In this document: piece after piece, positions 33,809-45,586 of the stretch
Layout: the number at the start of each line of letters is the position of its first letter
Position numbering within the stretch: the stretch's first letter is position 1
The notes under the pieces: model-generated
What the model saw: the letters and a program-made list of their open reading frames with translations, nothing else
Database searches by the model: none
What the model was told of the DNA's origin: nothing
Source of the DNA: an uncultured Methanoregulaceae archaeon
Lineage (GTDB): Archaea > Halobacteriota > Methanomicrobia > Methanomicrobiales > Methanospirillaceae
NCBI GenBank assembly: GCA_963717525.1
Contig: OY970343.1
Location: 96,001-160,000 of the forward strand
DNA: 64,000 nt
Direction of reading: 5' to 3'
Program-made: the position numbers and the translations under genes

Positions 33809-33877
33809 CAGAATTTTTGACTTCATAGAAAAAGCTCAATCGGTATACTGTTGCGTTTACGGTCAGTGATCGATTTT

Positions 33878-35727
33878 TTACTGCACATCGGCGAGCCGGT
33901 ACGTCCCCTTCGGCACGAGGATCTCAAAGCGTGCTCCCTTGCCCGGTTTACCGGTCTCACGGATTGTGATTTTGGAGATAGCAAGAATTTCCCGGGACAG
34001 GGCCAGACCGAGCCCGGTGTTCTTCCCAAAACCCCAATCGAAGATATGCCCCTTATCCTCGCCAAGGATGCCTTCACCATCGTCCTCACACACCACGATA
34101 TAAACGCCATCGACTTCCTCAGCAAAGAACTGGATGGTGGTAATCTTCCTGCCATACCGTACTGCATTCTCAATCAGGTTGTAAAATACCTTAAAAATCA
34201 GCGGATCAGCAAATAATTCTATTCCGGCAGATAGATCGTTTTTCACCTGGATATTTCCGAGTGAGGCTTGCTTTGCTGCAGTATCCACAAGAGTGCGTAT
34301 ATCCTGCCATGCAGGAGCAGTTTCTCCTATTATAGTATATGTTTTCGCGAACAGACTTATAGAGGAAATACGAGTACTTACCTGCTTGATCCACGTGAAA
34401 TACTTCTCAAGAGCTGGATCCGGGATCTTCTCGTGAAGTAATTCAACAAATCCATTCAAAGCCAGAATCTGATTGTCGATGTCATGCCGCGTGATGTTGG
34501 TAAGGAGGGCAAGCTTCCTGTTCGCCTGCCGAAGCGCCTCCTCCGCTCGCTTGCGCTCGGTGATGTCAATGATGATGCCCCGAAGCCCGGTGATCCTGCC
34601 ATTCACGACAATCGGTGACGAGTAGATGGTGACGGGAAACGTGCTCCCGTCTTTCCGCAGGGCCAGATATTCACCTGTATGTTCCGTTCCTCCCTTTCCT
34701 TCAATCATGGTGCGGAAATCCACCGAGACCCGTTTCAGGTCATCGGGAGCAATCATCTGCCAGATGGTAAGCCCATGCGTGAAATCATCCTCTCTATACC
34801 CGAATCGTTCGAATGCAGTGTGGTTCGAGTACGTCAGGTTACCCTCTGTGTCCGCTTCATAGACAACCTGGGGCAGGAGGTCTGCAAGCTCGCGGAATCG
34901 ATTCTCGCTCTCCCGCAACGCCCCCTCTGCCTGTTCCCGTTCGGTAAGGTCCCGGATCGACTCGATCGCACCGATGACCTCATCTTGCCGGTTGTAAAGC
35001 GGGCTTGCTTTGCCCATAAGCGTGACCGGTTTTCCCTGAGGACGAGGAAGGGTTGTTTCGGCGATCAGGACATCCTTCCTGTGAATGATATGGGTATATT
35101 TTTTGGCGATGATCTCGTCGGATTCATAGATCAGATTGATAAGTATTGGTTGCCGTTGCCCGTAGAACGGGATTGCGTACTCGTAATCTCCCTTCCCCAG
35201 CATCGCCGCGGCCGAAACCCCTGTCATCTCTTCAATGGCCCGGTTCCAGCTATTACTACGCCCTTGGTATCGATTGCAAAGGTTGCGTCAGGCAGGAAGT
35301 TGATGATATCCGCTTCCCGGCGCTCAAGGTCCCGGATACTGATTTCCGCCTTTCTCTGCTGGACAGCTTGTCGGATCTGGTGCGCGAGCTCGGTGAACTG
35401 TGACTTAGGTTCACCACCCTTCTGGAGGTAAAAGTCAGCGCCTTCATTTAATGCCTGGATGGCAATCTCTTCACGTCCTCGTCCGGTGAAAAGGATGAAC
35501 GGGATGGTATTTCCCGAAGTTCTTACCTTCTTTAAAAATTCGATTCCATCCATGTCCGGCATCTGGTAATCGGAGATGATCGCAGCATATGGCCGCTTCA
35601 CGAGCATACCGATCGCCTCTTTGGCAGAGGTTGCGGTATCCACGCTGAACTCACCGCTCAGCTCCATGTAGAGCTTGGTTAGGTCAAGCAGGGAATCTTC
35701 ATCATCAACATAAAGAAGATTATACAA
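33878..35727 (-). CDS. Hybrid receiver-PAS-histidine kinase (frameshift near 35249)
   Basis: REC in 35224-35727 continues as PAS-PAS-HK in 33878-35227. Confidence 0.85.
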
Positions 35728-36058
35728 AATACGACATCCGTAATTGGCAGCATAGGGTATTTTCCTTTCTGCGGTTATTATACGTTTTTTTAATCTTTAG
35801 ATTCTATAAAATCAAACCTTATCGGCAGCTTTCCGAAACCGTCTGATGGACTCTCAGACGTTGGCGTTGGCTTTCAGCGGCAGGGACAGGATTGAGGAAG
35901 GGCAAGAATAATCGGTGTCCCGTTTACAAAAGACTTTTACAATGTGTAATGTCGGCCATCAGTCACCAACCGCAACATCATCAGAATGGGAAATCCCAAC
36001 AAATGCGGATATCTTTGGTATTGATCCGGAAAAAAGAAGGGCTGGATGGGATTCGTGA

Positions 36059-36646
36059 TCACCCGAGCGGTGCGACCGTGCTTTTGTACATTTCGTTGAG
36101 CACCTGCGCAAGACCCGTGTAGATCGCAGAGAGCCCACAGATGATACCTATGTAGCCTGCGGTCACCACGATCGTCCCGTTCCCTGTTGCTTCCCCGAGT
36201 GCGAGAAGGAAGAACAGGATGGTCAGCGTGCCAAAGACTACCTGGAGGGCCCGGTTCGCTCTCAGGGTCCCGATGAACATGACCGCCGTGAACAGACCCC
36301 ACATAAAGAGGTACGCTGCCATTGCATTTCCTGAACTCGCATCGGCAAGTCCCATCTTCGGAAGGACGAGCAGGCCGACCAGAGTGAGCCAGAACACCCC
36401 ATAAGAGGTAAACGCCGTTGCCCCGAACGTATTGTTCTTCTTCCACTCCTGGATACCTGCGATGATCTGTGCGAGGCCACCGTAGAAGATCCCCATAGCA
36501 AGGATCATCGATCCCAGTTCGATGAACCCGGCATTGTGCAGGTTCAAGAGAACGGTGGTCATGCCGAATCCCAGCAGGCCCAGAGGCGCGGGATTGGCAG
36601 TCAGGTCGAGGTTTTTCACGTTCGTTACGATTTCATTTGCATTCAT
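36059..36646 (-). CDS. satP: Acetate uptake transporter (SatP/GPR1/FUN34/YaaH)
   Basis: [32 protein letters not shown]. Confidence 0.93.
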   Translation of the reverse strand: MNANEIVTNVKNLDLTANPAPLGLLGFGMTTVLLNLHNAGFIELGSMILAMGIFYGGLAQIIAGIQEWKKNNTFGATAFTSYGVFWLTLVGLLVLPKMGLADASSGNAMAAYLFMWGLFTAVMFIGTLRANRALQVVFGTLTILFFLLALGEATGNGTIVVTAGYIGIICGLSAIYTGLAQVLNEMYKSTVAPLG

Positions 36647-36715
36647 AGTTCTTCAGTTCCTTTTTTTGTTGAGTGGTTTTACATCCGTATCCGTTGTTTC
36701 ACCGGTTCCGGGAGT

Positions 36716-38615
36716 CTATTCTTCCAACGTTGAGATATCGCCGGGGTCCATACCCAGCTCCTTTGCCTTAAGGACCCGGCGCATGATCTTGCCGCTGCGG
36801 GTCTTAGGGAGCTTGTCGACAAACTCGATCTCATGGGGGACTGCGATGGGCCCCAGTGTCATCCTTACGTGATAGATCAGATCCTGCATGAGCTTGTCAC
36901 CGGGTTTGTTCCCGACTCTCAGGATGACAAATGCCTTGATGGAGTTCCCTTTCACCGGGTCGGGTTTGCCAATCACCGCGGCCTCAGCAACGGCACTGTG
37001 GGAAACGAGGGCGCTTTCTACTTCTGCGGTCCCGATATTATGGCCGGCAACGATGATGATATCGTCGGCACGACCGAGCACCATGATATACCCGTCCCTG
37101 CCCTTTACTGCAAGGTCACCTGCTGCATAAACCCCGTCGATGGTCTCCCAGTATTTCCGGTACCGCTCGTCGTTTTTATAAACGGTGCGGAACATTGCCG
37201 GCCAAGGTGCCTTGATCGCAAGGAAGCCACCGGTGCCCGGTGGTACGGAATTTCCTTCCTTGTCCACGACATCGGCAATGACACCCGGTACAGCTTTTCC
37301 AGCAAACCCGGGTCGCATAGGCTCCCCTACCATGGTGGTGATCATATGCATTCCTGTCTCCGTCTGCCACCAGGTATCGACGATCGGGCACCGGTCCTTC
37401 CCTATGGCATGGTGGTACCACACGAATGCCTCGGGGTTCAGGGGTTCACCGACAGACCCGATGATCCGCAGGGAATGCAGGTCGTACCTGTCCGGCCACT
37501 CCTCTCCCATCTTCATGAACATCCTGATTGCAGTCGGCGCGGTATAGAAAACATTGATCTTCTGCTCCTCGATCAGTTTCCACCAGATGCCCGGATCCGG
37601 GTAATCGGGCGTCATCTCGGTCACAAACACCGTGGCCCCGACAGCGAGCGGGCCGTAGACGATGTCAGCTGTGGCCGGTGATCCAACCGGGATCTGCTGT
37701 ACACCAGTAGATGTCATTCTCTTTGAGATCGAAGACGAATTTGGTCGTGTAGTAGGTGCCCACCATATAGCCCGCGCTCGTGTGCACGATGCCCTTGGGC
37801 GTCCCGGTGGAACCGCTGGTATACAGCATGAACAAAGGGTCTTCTGCATCCATCACTTCCGGCTTGCATTCTGACGGCATACCCTCCATGAGGCCATAGA
37901 AATCTTTCTCGAAATCCGCCCTGATCTCGACCGGGGGCTCTTTTCTCCTCCGGTAGATGATGAGGTGCTCGACACTTGGGGCGTTGAGGATCGACTCCTG
38001 GACTGTCGTAATAAGCGGGATCGCCTTCCCCCTGCGGATGGAGATATCCGCAGTTATGACGACCTTTGCCTCTGCTTCCCGGATACGCAGGTTCAGGGCA
38101 GTCACACCGAATCCGGCGAAGACTACGCTGTGGATGGCCCCAATACGTGCACATGCCAGCATTGCAATGATCTGTTCAGGTACCATGGGCATGTAGATAC
38201 AGACCCGATCACCTTTCTTCACGCCGATCTTCCTGAGGCCATTTGCAAAGCGGCTCACTTCTGAAAGAAGTTTCTGGTACGTGTAGATTCTCTCCGCACC
38301 CTCTTCTCCCTGCCAGAGGAGCGCAACCTTGTTGCGCCGGTGGTTCTTTACATGGCGATCGAGGCAGTTCGCTGTTATGTTCAGTTTTGCATTGACGAAC
38401 CATCTCGCATAGGGATACTTCCATTCCTTTACGGCATCCCATGGCCGGATCCAGTCAAGTTCCCGTGCAATCCTGTCCCAGAATCCATCAGGATCGGCCA
38501 GGAAAGCCTGGTACGCGGTCTCGTAGTCACCCAGCCAGGAATCCGCTTTGTATTCCGGACCGGGCGTATAACGGACATCGCTCTCAACCAGTTTGACATC
38601 AAAGTCTTCGGTCAT
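36716..38615 (-). CDS. acs: Acetate-CoA ligase (frameshift near 37667)
   Basis: [45 protein letters not shown]. Confidence 0.93.
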
Positions 38616-38797
38616 ACGTTCTCCTATTCTACATTATTAATCATGTTAAAAGTACTATTTATAACTGTCGAAAAGAAGTTCGGCAATTGCCGATTCTCTA
38701 GGATGGGTTTATCATAAAGCCAAGGTTGAAATCGTGGGAAAATCCGTCTCTATAGTGTCAGGAGGATTACGGAAATGTGATAAAAATAAAACCCGAA

Positions 38798-40252
38798 TCA
38801 TCCTACCACTTCCCGACAGGTATCGCTTCCGGATCCTAAGCCAAAAGACCAGTATGCAGGCCCTCGTGCGGCACCAACATCCCGGCATGGTTTTTTACGG
38901 CGGGGATGCGGCCACCAATCAGTAATATCCCTGATGGATTCGATTGCCCCAGTGATCTGGTGGGTCTGGTCATAAAACGGAGAAGCCTTCAGCCATAGGA
39001 TCCGCTCCTTACATTCCAGCCGGTCCAAGAGTGTCTCCGCCGTAAAGGTACATTCATACTTATGGAGGTGGCGGTACAGCTTGCGCACTTCCGGATCATC
39101 GTTAAAGATGAGATCAACGAGAAGCGGACGGTTCTTCCCGTATATGGCAACCGAACACTCGTAATTCGTTTTCCCTACAATGTCGCTTGTTTTAACACCG
39201 GTCATCTCCTCGATGGCGCAGTTCCAGGCGATAACTCTTCCCTCGCTGTCCACAACAAACGTCGGATCGGGAAGAAAATTGATGATATCCGCAAATCTCT
39301 GGTTGCTTTCCCTGAGGACACGTTCTGCCTTTTTTCGCTCGGATATATCGGTAGCGATAGTGATGATCACTTCCCGGTCGCCCCACCGGACGACCCTGGC
39401 GTGGATTTCAAGAGGGATGTGCCGGCCATCCTTGTGGCAATAAAGAACCTCGTACGTTACCTCTTCTCCATTCCTGATCTCCTTTATCCGTTCCGCAATA
39501 TTGTCTGCAGACCCGGGGATATTGATCCGGCTGCTGTCCAGTTCAAGGAACTCTGCAAGCGAATACCCGAGAAGATTAAGGTTTTTCTTATTCGAGTACA
39601 GGACCTTCCCTCTGAAATCGTACACAACAATAGCAGCCGGTGAGGCATCGACCAGATCGGCAAGAAGAGCGTTTTCTTCTTCTGCCATCATCCCGTCTGT
39701 CCGATCTTCAAACTCAACAAGAATTCCTTTGTCGCCCCAGCTAAATACCAGTGGAATTATCCGGATTTGAAACGCCTTCCATTCTTTCCCGACCGGGATC
39801 CATGTATTCACGACACTCTTGATTCCTGACAGTCCCTTTCGCGCGGGATCGCGGATACGGTCAAACAGGTCGGCGCCGATGGAGGTTGCAGCGATATTTT
39901 TGTGTTTGAGATCCTCTATCGCGATCCCGAACATCTGGGAAAATGAATCGCTGATGTCTCGGACAATAGAGAACTCATCGAGAATGAGAAGAAGATCTGA
40001 GGATTGGCTGAGAATCTGATCGACCGGGAGCCTTTTTGAGAGAGTGAATACCTTTGCCGGGCCGGTCTTTCTCATATCCACATGGCCGGCGACAAAGAGC
40101 GAGCTGAGATACTTAGTCGTTGTTATCCGGCTCAGGCCTGTCTTTTTGGAAATTTCCTCGATAGTAAGCCCTTTTTGCACATCCTTCAAAAGGCCAATGA
40201 TATCCCGACAGTGGTTCTCGTCCAAGGTAATCCCCGCCTCAAATAATGCCAT
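38798..40252 (-). CDS. HTH-PAS sensor protein
   Basis: GLTIEEISKKTGLSRITTTKYL followed by three PAS domains. Confidence 0.8.
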   Translation of the reverse strand: MALFEAGITLDENHCRDIIGLLKDVQKGLTIEEISKKTGLSRITTTKYLSSLFVAGHVDMRKTGPAKVFTLSKRLPVDQILSQSSDLLLILDEFSIVRDISDSFSQMFGIAIEDLKHKNIAATSIGADLFDRIRDPARKGLSGIKSVVNTWIPVGKEWKAFQIRIIPLVFSWGDKGILVEFEDRTDGMMAEEENALLADLVDASPAAIVVYDFRGKVLYSNKKNLNLLGYSLAEFLELDSSRINIPGSADNIAERIKEIRNGEEVTYEVLYCHKDGRHIPLEIHARVVRWGDREVIITIATDISERKKAERVLRESNQRFADIINFLPDPTFVVDSEGRVIAWNCAIEEMTGVKTSDIVGKTNYECSVAIYGKNRPLLVDLIFNDDPEVRKLYRHLHKYECTFTAETLLDRLECKERILWLKASPFYDQTHQITGAIESIRDITDWWPHPRRKKPCRDVGAARGPAYWSFGLGSGSDTCREVVG

Positions 40253-40424
40253 CTCTGATTTCGGGACGGAAATCCACTTTAAGAGAAATAATCGTCATGC
40301 CCCCCACAACGAATGCATTTGATAACTAAATGTACAAGTCTTTATATATATAATATGCCATTTTCATTAAACAGTGAAGCATTGAAGGGAATACCGGGGA
40401 TGTGATTGCACGAGAACAAAGAAG

Positions 40425-40784
40425 GTGACGTATTTTACGGAGGAGGAGGAAGAACTTGGCAGTCTTTTCATGCAGATTGGCATAAAAAAGAACGCGGCAA
40501 AAGTGCTGGTATTTTTAGCCAATAGTTCAGAAGCGACCTCCCATGCGATTGAGCGGGGGACAGACCTGCGCCAACCCGAAGTTAGTCTCGCCATGCGTTA
40601 CCTGATGGATCAGGGTTGGATCATGAGCTGGGAGAGCAAGGCCGAGAGCAAGGGACGACCGGTCAAGATCTACGCGCTTGCAAAGCCCATCGCAAATATC
40701 ATGGATTGTATCGAAAAGGAGAATAACGAAAAAGCCACCAATCAGCTCAAACTCATCAAGGAATTACGGGATTACCTTCATTAA
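40425..40784 (+). CDS. Archaeal winged-HTH regulator
   Basis: IERGTDLRQPEVSLAM..KGRPVKIY. Confidence 0.85.
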   Translation: MTYFTEEEEELGSLFMQIGIKKNAAKVLVFLANSSEATSHAIERGTDLRQPEVSLAMRYLMDQGWIMSWESKAESKGRPVKIYALAKPIANIMDCIEKENNEKATNQLKLIKELRDYLH

Positions 40785-40833
40785 TCCTCAAACAACAGAG
40801 ACGTGTTTTCTGGTTATTTATTTCTACCAAAAC

Positions 40834-40861
40834 CGGACTTTTAATTGTTATAAAAGGAAAA
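40834..40861 (+). other. dif/Xer-like site, spacer TTGTTA
   Basis: CGGACTTTTAA-TTGTTA-TAAAAGGAAAA. Confidence 0.68.
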
Positions 40862-40877
40862 CTTGGCAATCAGCATC

Positions 40878-40905
40878 TTTTCATTTAATTTCTATTAAAG
40901 GAACA
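40878..40905 (+). other. dif/Xer-like site, spacer TTTCTA
   Basis: TTTTCATTTAA-TTTCTA-TTAAAGGAACA. Confidence 0.7.
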
Positions 40906-41048
40906 ACGCAATATCTAAAATTTTGAGAGATTCCTCCCCGGAAAATTACCGGAAAAATCCGACCCGGGAATCTGATCAGGACATCGACAACCGCAGACGC
41001 ATCAGAATCCTAAAGGAGGGGGAAAAGAATGGAAATTCAGAGAGTGTA

Positions 41049-41537
41049 TTAACCGAAAAAATTCATTTTTTCATAACCGACCAGAGTCAGTTTTTCATTG
41101 ATTATTTTCTCTGTGAATGGTTTGTATCCACGTCGTTTATAGAACACATCGTTTCTTTTGCTTTCCCGGCCGGTGAATAATTCAAATCTCTTAATGTGGG
41201 GAAAACTTTGTTCAATGCTCGTTAGAAGTAATGAACCAATCCCACGATTCTGGTAATCCGGGTGGACTATTAATTTTTTTATTAAACAGGTTCCCTCATG
41301 TACTTCCGCTCGAATTGACCCGACAATCTGTTTATCAATTTCAGCTTTTAGAACGTGAGTATGCCGGAATTCATCCCGGATATCAATAATATCTTGTTTT
41401 AACGGAGGAATTGAATAATCATCGATCAGTGCAGCTTCGCTTAGGAATGCGATCTTCTGAAGTTCAAGGATGGATTCGAGATCTTCGGATGATGCGACAG
41501 ATATGCAAATATCTTGCACGGTATGGATTTTGTTCAT
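41049..41537 (-). CDS. GNAT acetyltransferase
   Basis: LIVHPDYQNRGIGS, FYKRRGY. Confidence 0.9.
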   Translation of the reverse strand: MNKIHTVQDICISVASSEDLESILELQKIAFLSEAALIDDYSIPPLKQDIIDIRDEFRHTHVLKAEIDKQIVGSIRAEVHEGTCLIKKLIVHPDYQNRGIGSLLLTSIEQSFPHIKRFELFTGRESKRNDVFYKRRGYKPFTEKIINEKLTLVGYEKMNFFG

Positions 41538-41604
41538 CAGGTAACCTATGGTGAAATTATTTCTTATCTTATCCTGCCATTCATTGATGAAACTATCGCC
41601 ATGA

Positions 41605-41632
41605 TTTTCCGTTTATGTAAATAAAAGGAAAA
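41605..41632 (+). other. dif/Xer-like site, spacer TGTAAA
   Basis: TTTTCCGTTTA-TGTAAA-TAAAAGGAAAA. Confidence 0.75.
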
Positions 41633-41941
41633 TAGGGCAAAAACCTACAAATTCTTGTTAATTAAGCAGATTGACAGAATATTTCATTCAATCTTCTGGA
41701 ATTTATTCGGAGTGATATTGTCAACGTTCTCCATTGGGTTCTGTAAAGTATTGGCAGCTATTGAAGTTCGATACTTCTATGCGGGAAACTGAACTGCCGA
41801 CACCTTGACAGAACCTTATCTCGCAGCATTAATAATGAGACACGTCGCAGTTCAATTTAATCTTTTCCGGCACACACTGACAGACATGGCGGGATCATCC
41901 TGTGGAAAGCGCGGGGACGTTCAGCCGAAAGAAGAGGATGC

Positions 41942-43537
41942 ATGACCCAGAGGATGCCACTTAGATACGGTTTGGTTATAGTTCTGCTTTTGATCGCGGC
42001 AGTGGGGCAGATGGCATCCGTGGGAGCTGCGGTTATTCCTATTGATACCACCTACCCCGGAGGGATCACTGCGGCGGTCTCCGCTGCGGGGAGTGGAGGT
42101 ACGGTTATCCTTGCGCCGGGCACCTACGAAGAGCACGCTATTTCTGTCGGGAATTCAGTTACCATTGAAGCCAATGCCTCACTCGGAGGAAACGAGGATA
42201 ACACCATTATCGATGCACAGCACCTTGACAGGATCTTTTCGGTAGCGGGCAGTTACACGCTGGTAATCGACAACCTGACACTGGAGAATGGCCAGGTCCC
42301 CAGTGGCTTCTCCGGTGGTAATGGTGGCGCCGTTGATGCAGGTAACGGCGGCAGTGTAACGGTGACCTCCTCCTCCATTACCGCATGCCAGGCAGGAGAC
42401 GCCACCGGCAGTCCCGGAAATGGCGGTGATGGCGGTGCCATTTTTGCAACAGGTGGTGTATCAGTGACCTCCTCCTCCATCACCGCATGCCGGGCGGGAG
42501 ATGCCCGCAACAATGGCGGCAATGGCGGCGATGGCGGTGCCATTTTTGCAGCAGGGAGTGTGTCGGTGACCTCCTCCACCTTCACCGGGTGCCGGGCGGG
42601 AGATGCCAGTGGCAGTCCCGGCCATAACGGCAATGGCGGCGATGGCGGTGCCATCTTCACACAGACCGGAACGGTCAGCATCACCAACGCCACAATTACC
42701 GGATGCCGGGCGGGAGATGCGGTCTTCGGTCCAGGCATAGATGGATCCGGCGGTGCCATCACCACCCACGGGGGCCAGATTACGTTCAGCCGTCTACTGG
42801 ATAACAGCGCACACGGAGGTGCAAATGAAATTAGCGGCCCGGTCACAGCAACCGACGACTGGTGGGGGAGCAACAACGGCCCGTCGCCATCGTCAGATTT
42901 CAATAACGGTGCTTCTGCGGGGACGTGGCTGGTGCTAGGAGCGACCGCGTCGCCGTTATCCCTTACCGCAGCGCAGGCGTCCCAGATAACCGCCAACCTC
43001 ACCTTTAACAACACCGGGTCTAACCTGGCATCTTTTGGCACGGTCCCAGACGGCATCCCGGTTGCCTTTGGGTTGGTCAGCGATTCCGGAACCTTCTCCC
43101 CCGTGACCGGGAGCACTTCGGCCGGGATAAATATGACCGAGTTCTCTCCCAGCTCGGCGGGTCTCGCAAATGTGAGTATCACTGTAGACAGCCAGACGGT
43201 CTACATGGATTTCACGGTAACCGCTGCTCCAACCGCGACCCCCACATCCTTCAGCTCCGGTGGCGGTGCAGCCCGGCTGGATTACTGGGCCAACACCGGC
43301 GGTTCCAGCGAGCCGGGGTATACCGGCCCTGCTGTCACACCTATCATGAAAAATCCAACCATGGCACCTACGGTTCAACCCTCGGTAGTCCATACGCTTG
43401 AACCTTCATACCCCTCAACCACGCTGCCACCGTTACCCACAAATACGCCCCGGGCTGGCCTTGATATTCTACCCGTTCTCGGAGCACTTGGCCTGTGTTG
43501 CGGGATTTTCTTCCTGTTCCGGAAGAAAGGGAATTAA
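41942..43537 (+). CDS. Adhesin-like beta-helix surface protein
   Basis: Signal peptide, GGDGGAIF repeats, DWWGSN, TM plus basic tail; paralogue of 30535-32295. Confidence 0.82.
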   Translation: MTQRMPLRYGLVIVLLLIAAVGQMASVGAAVIPIDTTYPGGITAAVSAAGSGGTVILAPGTYEEHAISVGNSVTIEANASLGGNEDNTIIDAQHLDRIFSVAGSYTLVIDNLTLENGQVPSGFSGGNGGAVDAGNGGSVTVTSSSITACQAGDATGSPGNGGDGGAIFATGGVSVTSSSITACRAGDARNNGGNGGDGGAIFAAGSVSVTSSTFTGCRAGDASGSPGHNGNGGDGGAIFTQTGTVSITNATITGCRAGDAVFGPGIDGSGGAITTHGGQITFSRLLDNSAHGGANEISGPVTATDDWWGSNNGPSPSSDFNNGASAGTWLVLGATASPLSLTAAQASQITANLTFNNTGSNLASFGTVPDGIPVAFGLVSDSGTFSPVTGSTSAGINMTEFSPSSAGLANVSITVDSQTVYMDFTVTAAPTATPTSFSSGGGAARLDYWANTGGSSEPGYTGPAVTPIMKNPTMAPTVQPSVVHTLEPSYPSTTLPPLPTNTPRAGLDILPVLGALGLCCGIFFLFRKKGN

Positions 43538-43633
43538 TCTTTTTCTCAATAGAGTGTCTTAAACGAGAGGGAGTGATGGCATTTGTCGAAACTTCCTAGA
43601 GGATTTCCTACTAAAATAAGGAATTCTACAGAG

Positions 43634-43661
43634 CCGATTTTTAATTGTTATTAACGGAATT
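43634..43661 (+). other. dif/Xer-like site, spacer TTGTTA
   Basis: CCGATTTTTAA-TTGTTA-TTAACGGAATT. Confidence 0.62.
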
Positions 43662-43684
43662 AAGTACAATTTTTAAGTACGGAT

Positions 43685-43712
43685 GTCCTGTTTTATGTAA
43701 ATAAAAGGAAAA
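43685..43712 (+). other. dif/Xer-like site, spacer TGTAAA
   Basis: GTCCTGTTTTA-TGTAAA-TAAAAGGAAAA. Confidence 0.68.
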
Positions 43713-43882
43713 AGATAGATTTTATCGTAATGAAAATTTGTCCTATACTTAAAAATAACTACTAACGGTGCTGTCAAGTCTGCTGGAGGTAAGATATAGC
43801 TCTTCGATGGAGCTGTTATCATAACTCCCGAAGACTGACAGCACCTTCTTGATCTCATAAGTCAGCGAGGCATCGTCAATAT

Positions 43883-44861
43883 TCAAATTATCGGTCTAAC
43901 CATAATTAGAGCTTCTATAGGATGATATCGAATATAACTATCAATCATCTCACCAGTTTCTAGATCCTTAATAGGATGTGGTTTGTATGCGGGAATCGCC
44001 TCGTGTATTTCTTGCACATAACCAAAAGATAACTTTGCAATGATTTTGTACGGTTTGCTATTCTCCGCTCTATACAAAAATTCACATAAGTCATCTTCAG
44101 CGTACAGATTTTTTAAAACACTATAAGCTCTAACGGAATCGTCATTTGGTTCTATTATTTTTATTCTCCGTTGAACTGATGCACCGTATGTCAATTTTAA
44201 TGCGCGACAAATTTTTTGGTCAATCGCAAATGGTGAATTTGTGAATTCAATGATTAATTCAATTTCTGTTCCATCCAGTCTTTTTGGCATAACCCAAAAT
44301 TTCTTAATTATTTCGATTGTTGTTTTATCATCAGATAATGGTTCTAATTTGTCTTGATCAATAGCAATATCTTTCTCTCTCATCAATCGAACAAGGTCCC
44401 TCTCAATTTTATTTGCCAAATCGTCAGGGGTGGTAAATTTTTCTACAGTATGGGTATCCCCCAAATATTTCTTAAATTCTTGTAATTTTTTTGCATTTTC
44501 ATTTTTGTCGACGTGAACTGGAGAGATGAGTGCCTTATCTTCATCAATAACATAGATTAGAGTTTCAATGTTTTCCTTTAATGCAGTTTCATATTCAATT
44601 TGAACGAAGGATTTACCGCTTTCGGAATCGATAGACCCATATCGCATTCCAAGAATCCCAATAAATATATTGCTTTTTTTTACCTCTTCTACACAGGTTT
44701 GAATAGGCTCCGTGGTCCTTGCTCCGAATATTTCCATCCCATTGATCCCAAGTTTTAATTTATCTAACAAATTTGAGACAGCTTTTCGATATGGAATTAA
44801 ATCGGTATATGTAGAGCTCACAAAAATTGGAATGTATTGTTTAGCTGATGAAATACAACAT
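43883..44861 (-). CDS. DUF4062 (TIR-like/NDT fold) domain protein; start uncertain
   Basis: IFVSSTYTDL..R, GME.FGA, C.EEV..S.IFIGILG.RYGS, EYETA. Confidence 0.82.
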
Positions 44862-45156
44862 CCTCCTAATATCTTTTTAGATCGGTCGTACTTATTTTAC
44901 TTTTTATTAGTTTTCTTGGTATTGGTGCGTTATCGTAATTTAAAGAAAATGATATCGTCGTAATCGACACCTTTCTGATATTGCAAGAGTCACGACGACG
45001 CACCAGAATCCTTCATGTCAAGTTTATTAATATGTTCAAAAAGTCGAACGGGCGCATCATGCAACCTGACTGATTACTTTCACTTTTCATGGAACGTGTA
45101 TAGTTATCAGAAAGCGCCATAGAGAATTTTTAACCTTATGGGACGAGGATGATAAC

Positions 45157-45516
45157 ATGAAACGCGATTGAGATTTGGTAAGAAAAATACTGTTACTGTT
45201 GGAAGAGAAAACATGACCTATAATTACGATGCCGATAATTGAGGGATATTCCTCAGATCAGGTAGGTTATCATGCGTATCTTACGAAAATGAATGGCCTC
45301 ATCGAAGCTGCTGAGGTTACATCACACGAAAGTTCAGTACCATCGGCAATTCCTTACGAATTGACCTCGAAGGGGTACGATTTTCTTGACGCTTGCCGCA
45401 ATGAAACTGTATGGAACAAAGCAAAAGAGAAACTGAAATCAATGGCTAGCGATGTTTCTTTTGAAGTTATGAAAGCGTTACTCGTCGGAATAGCAAGTAA
45501 AATGTTAGGGATCTGA
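45157..45516 (+). pseudogene. DUF2513-family gene with two in-frame TGA codons
   Basis: MKRD*DLVRKILL..; LTSKGYDFLDACRNETVWNKAK. Confidence 0.75.
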
Positions 45517-45586
45517 AAGATATTATTGACCGGCTGATTTTTTTGAATCATATTTATAATATCGAATAAACAAGTGATTTTCTATT

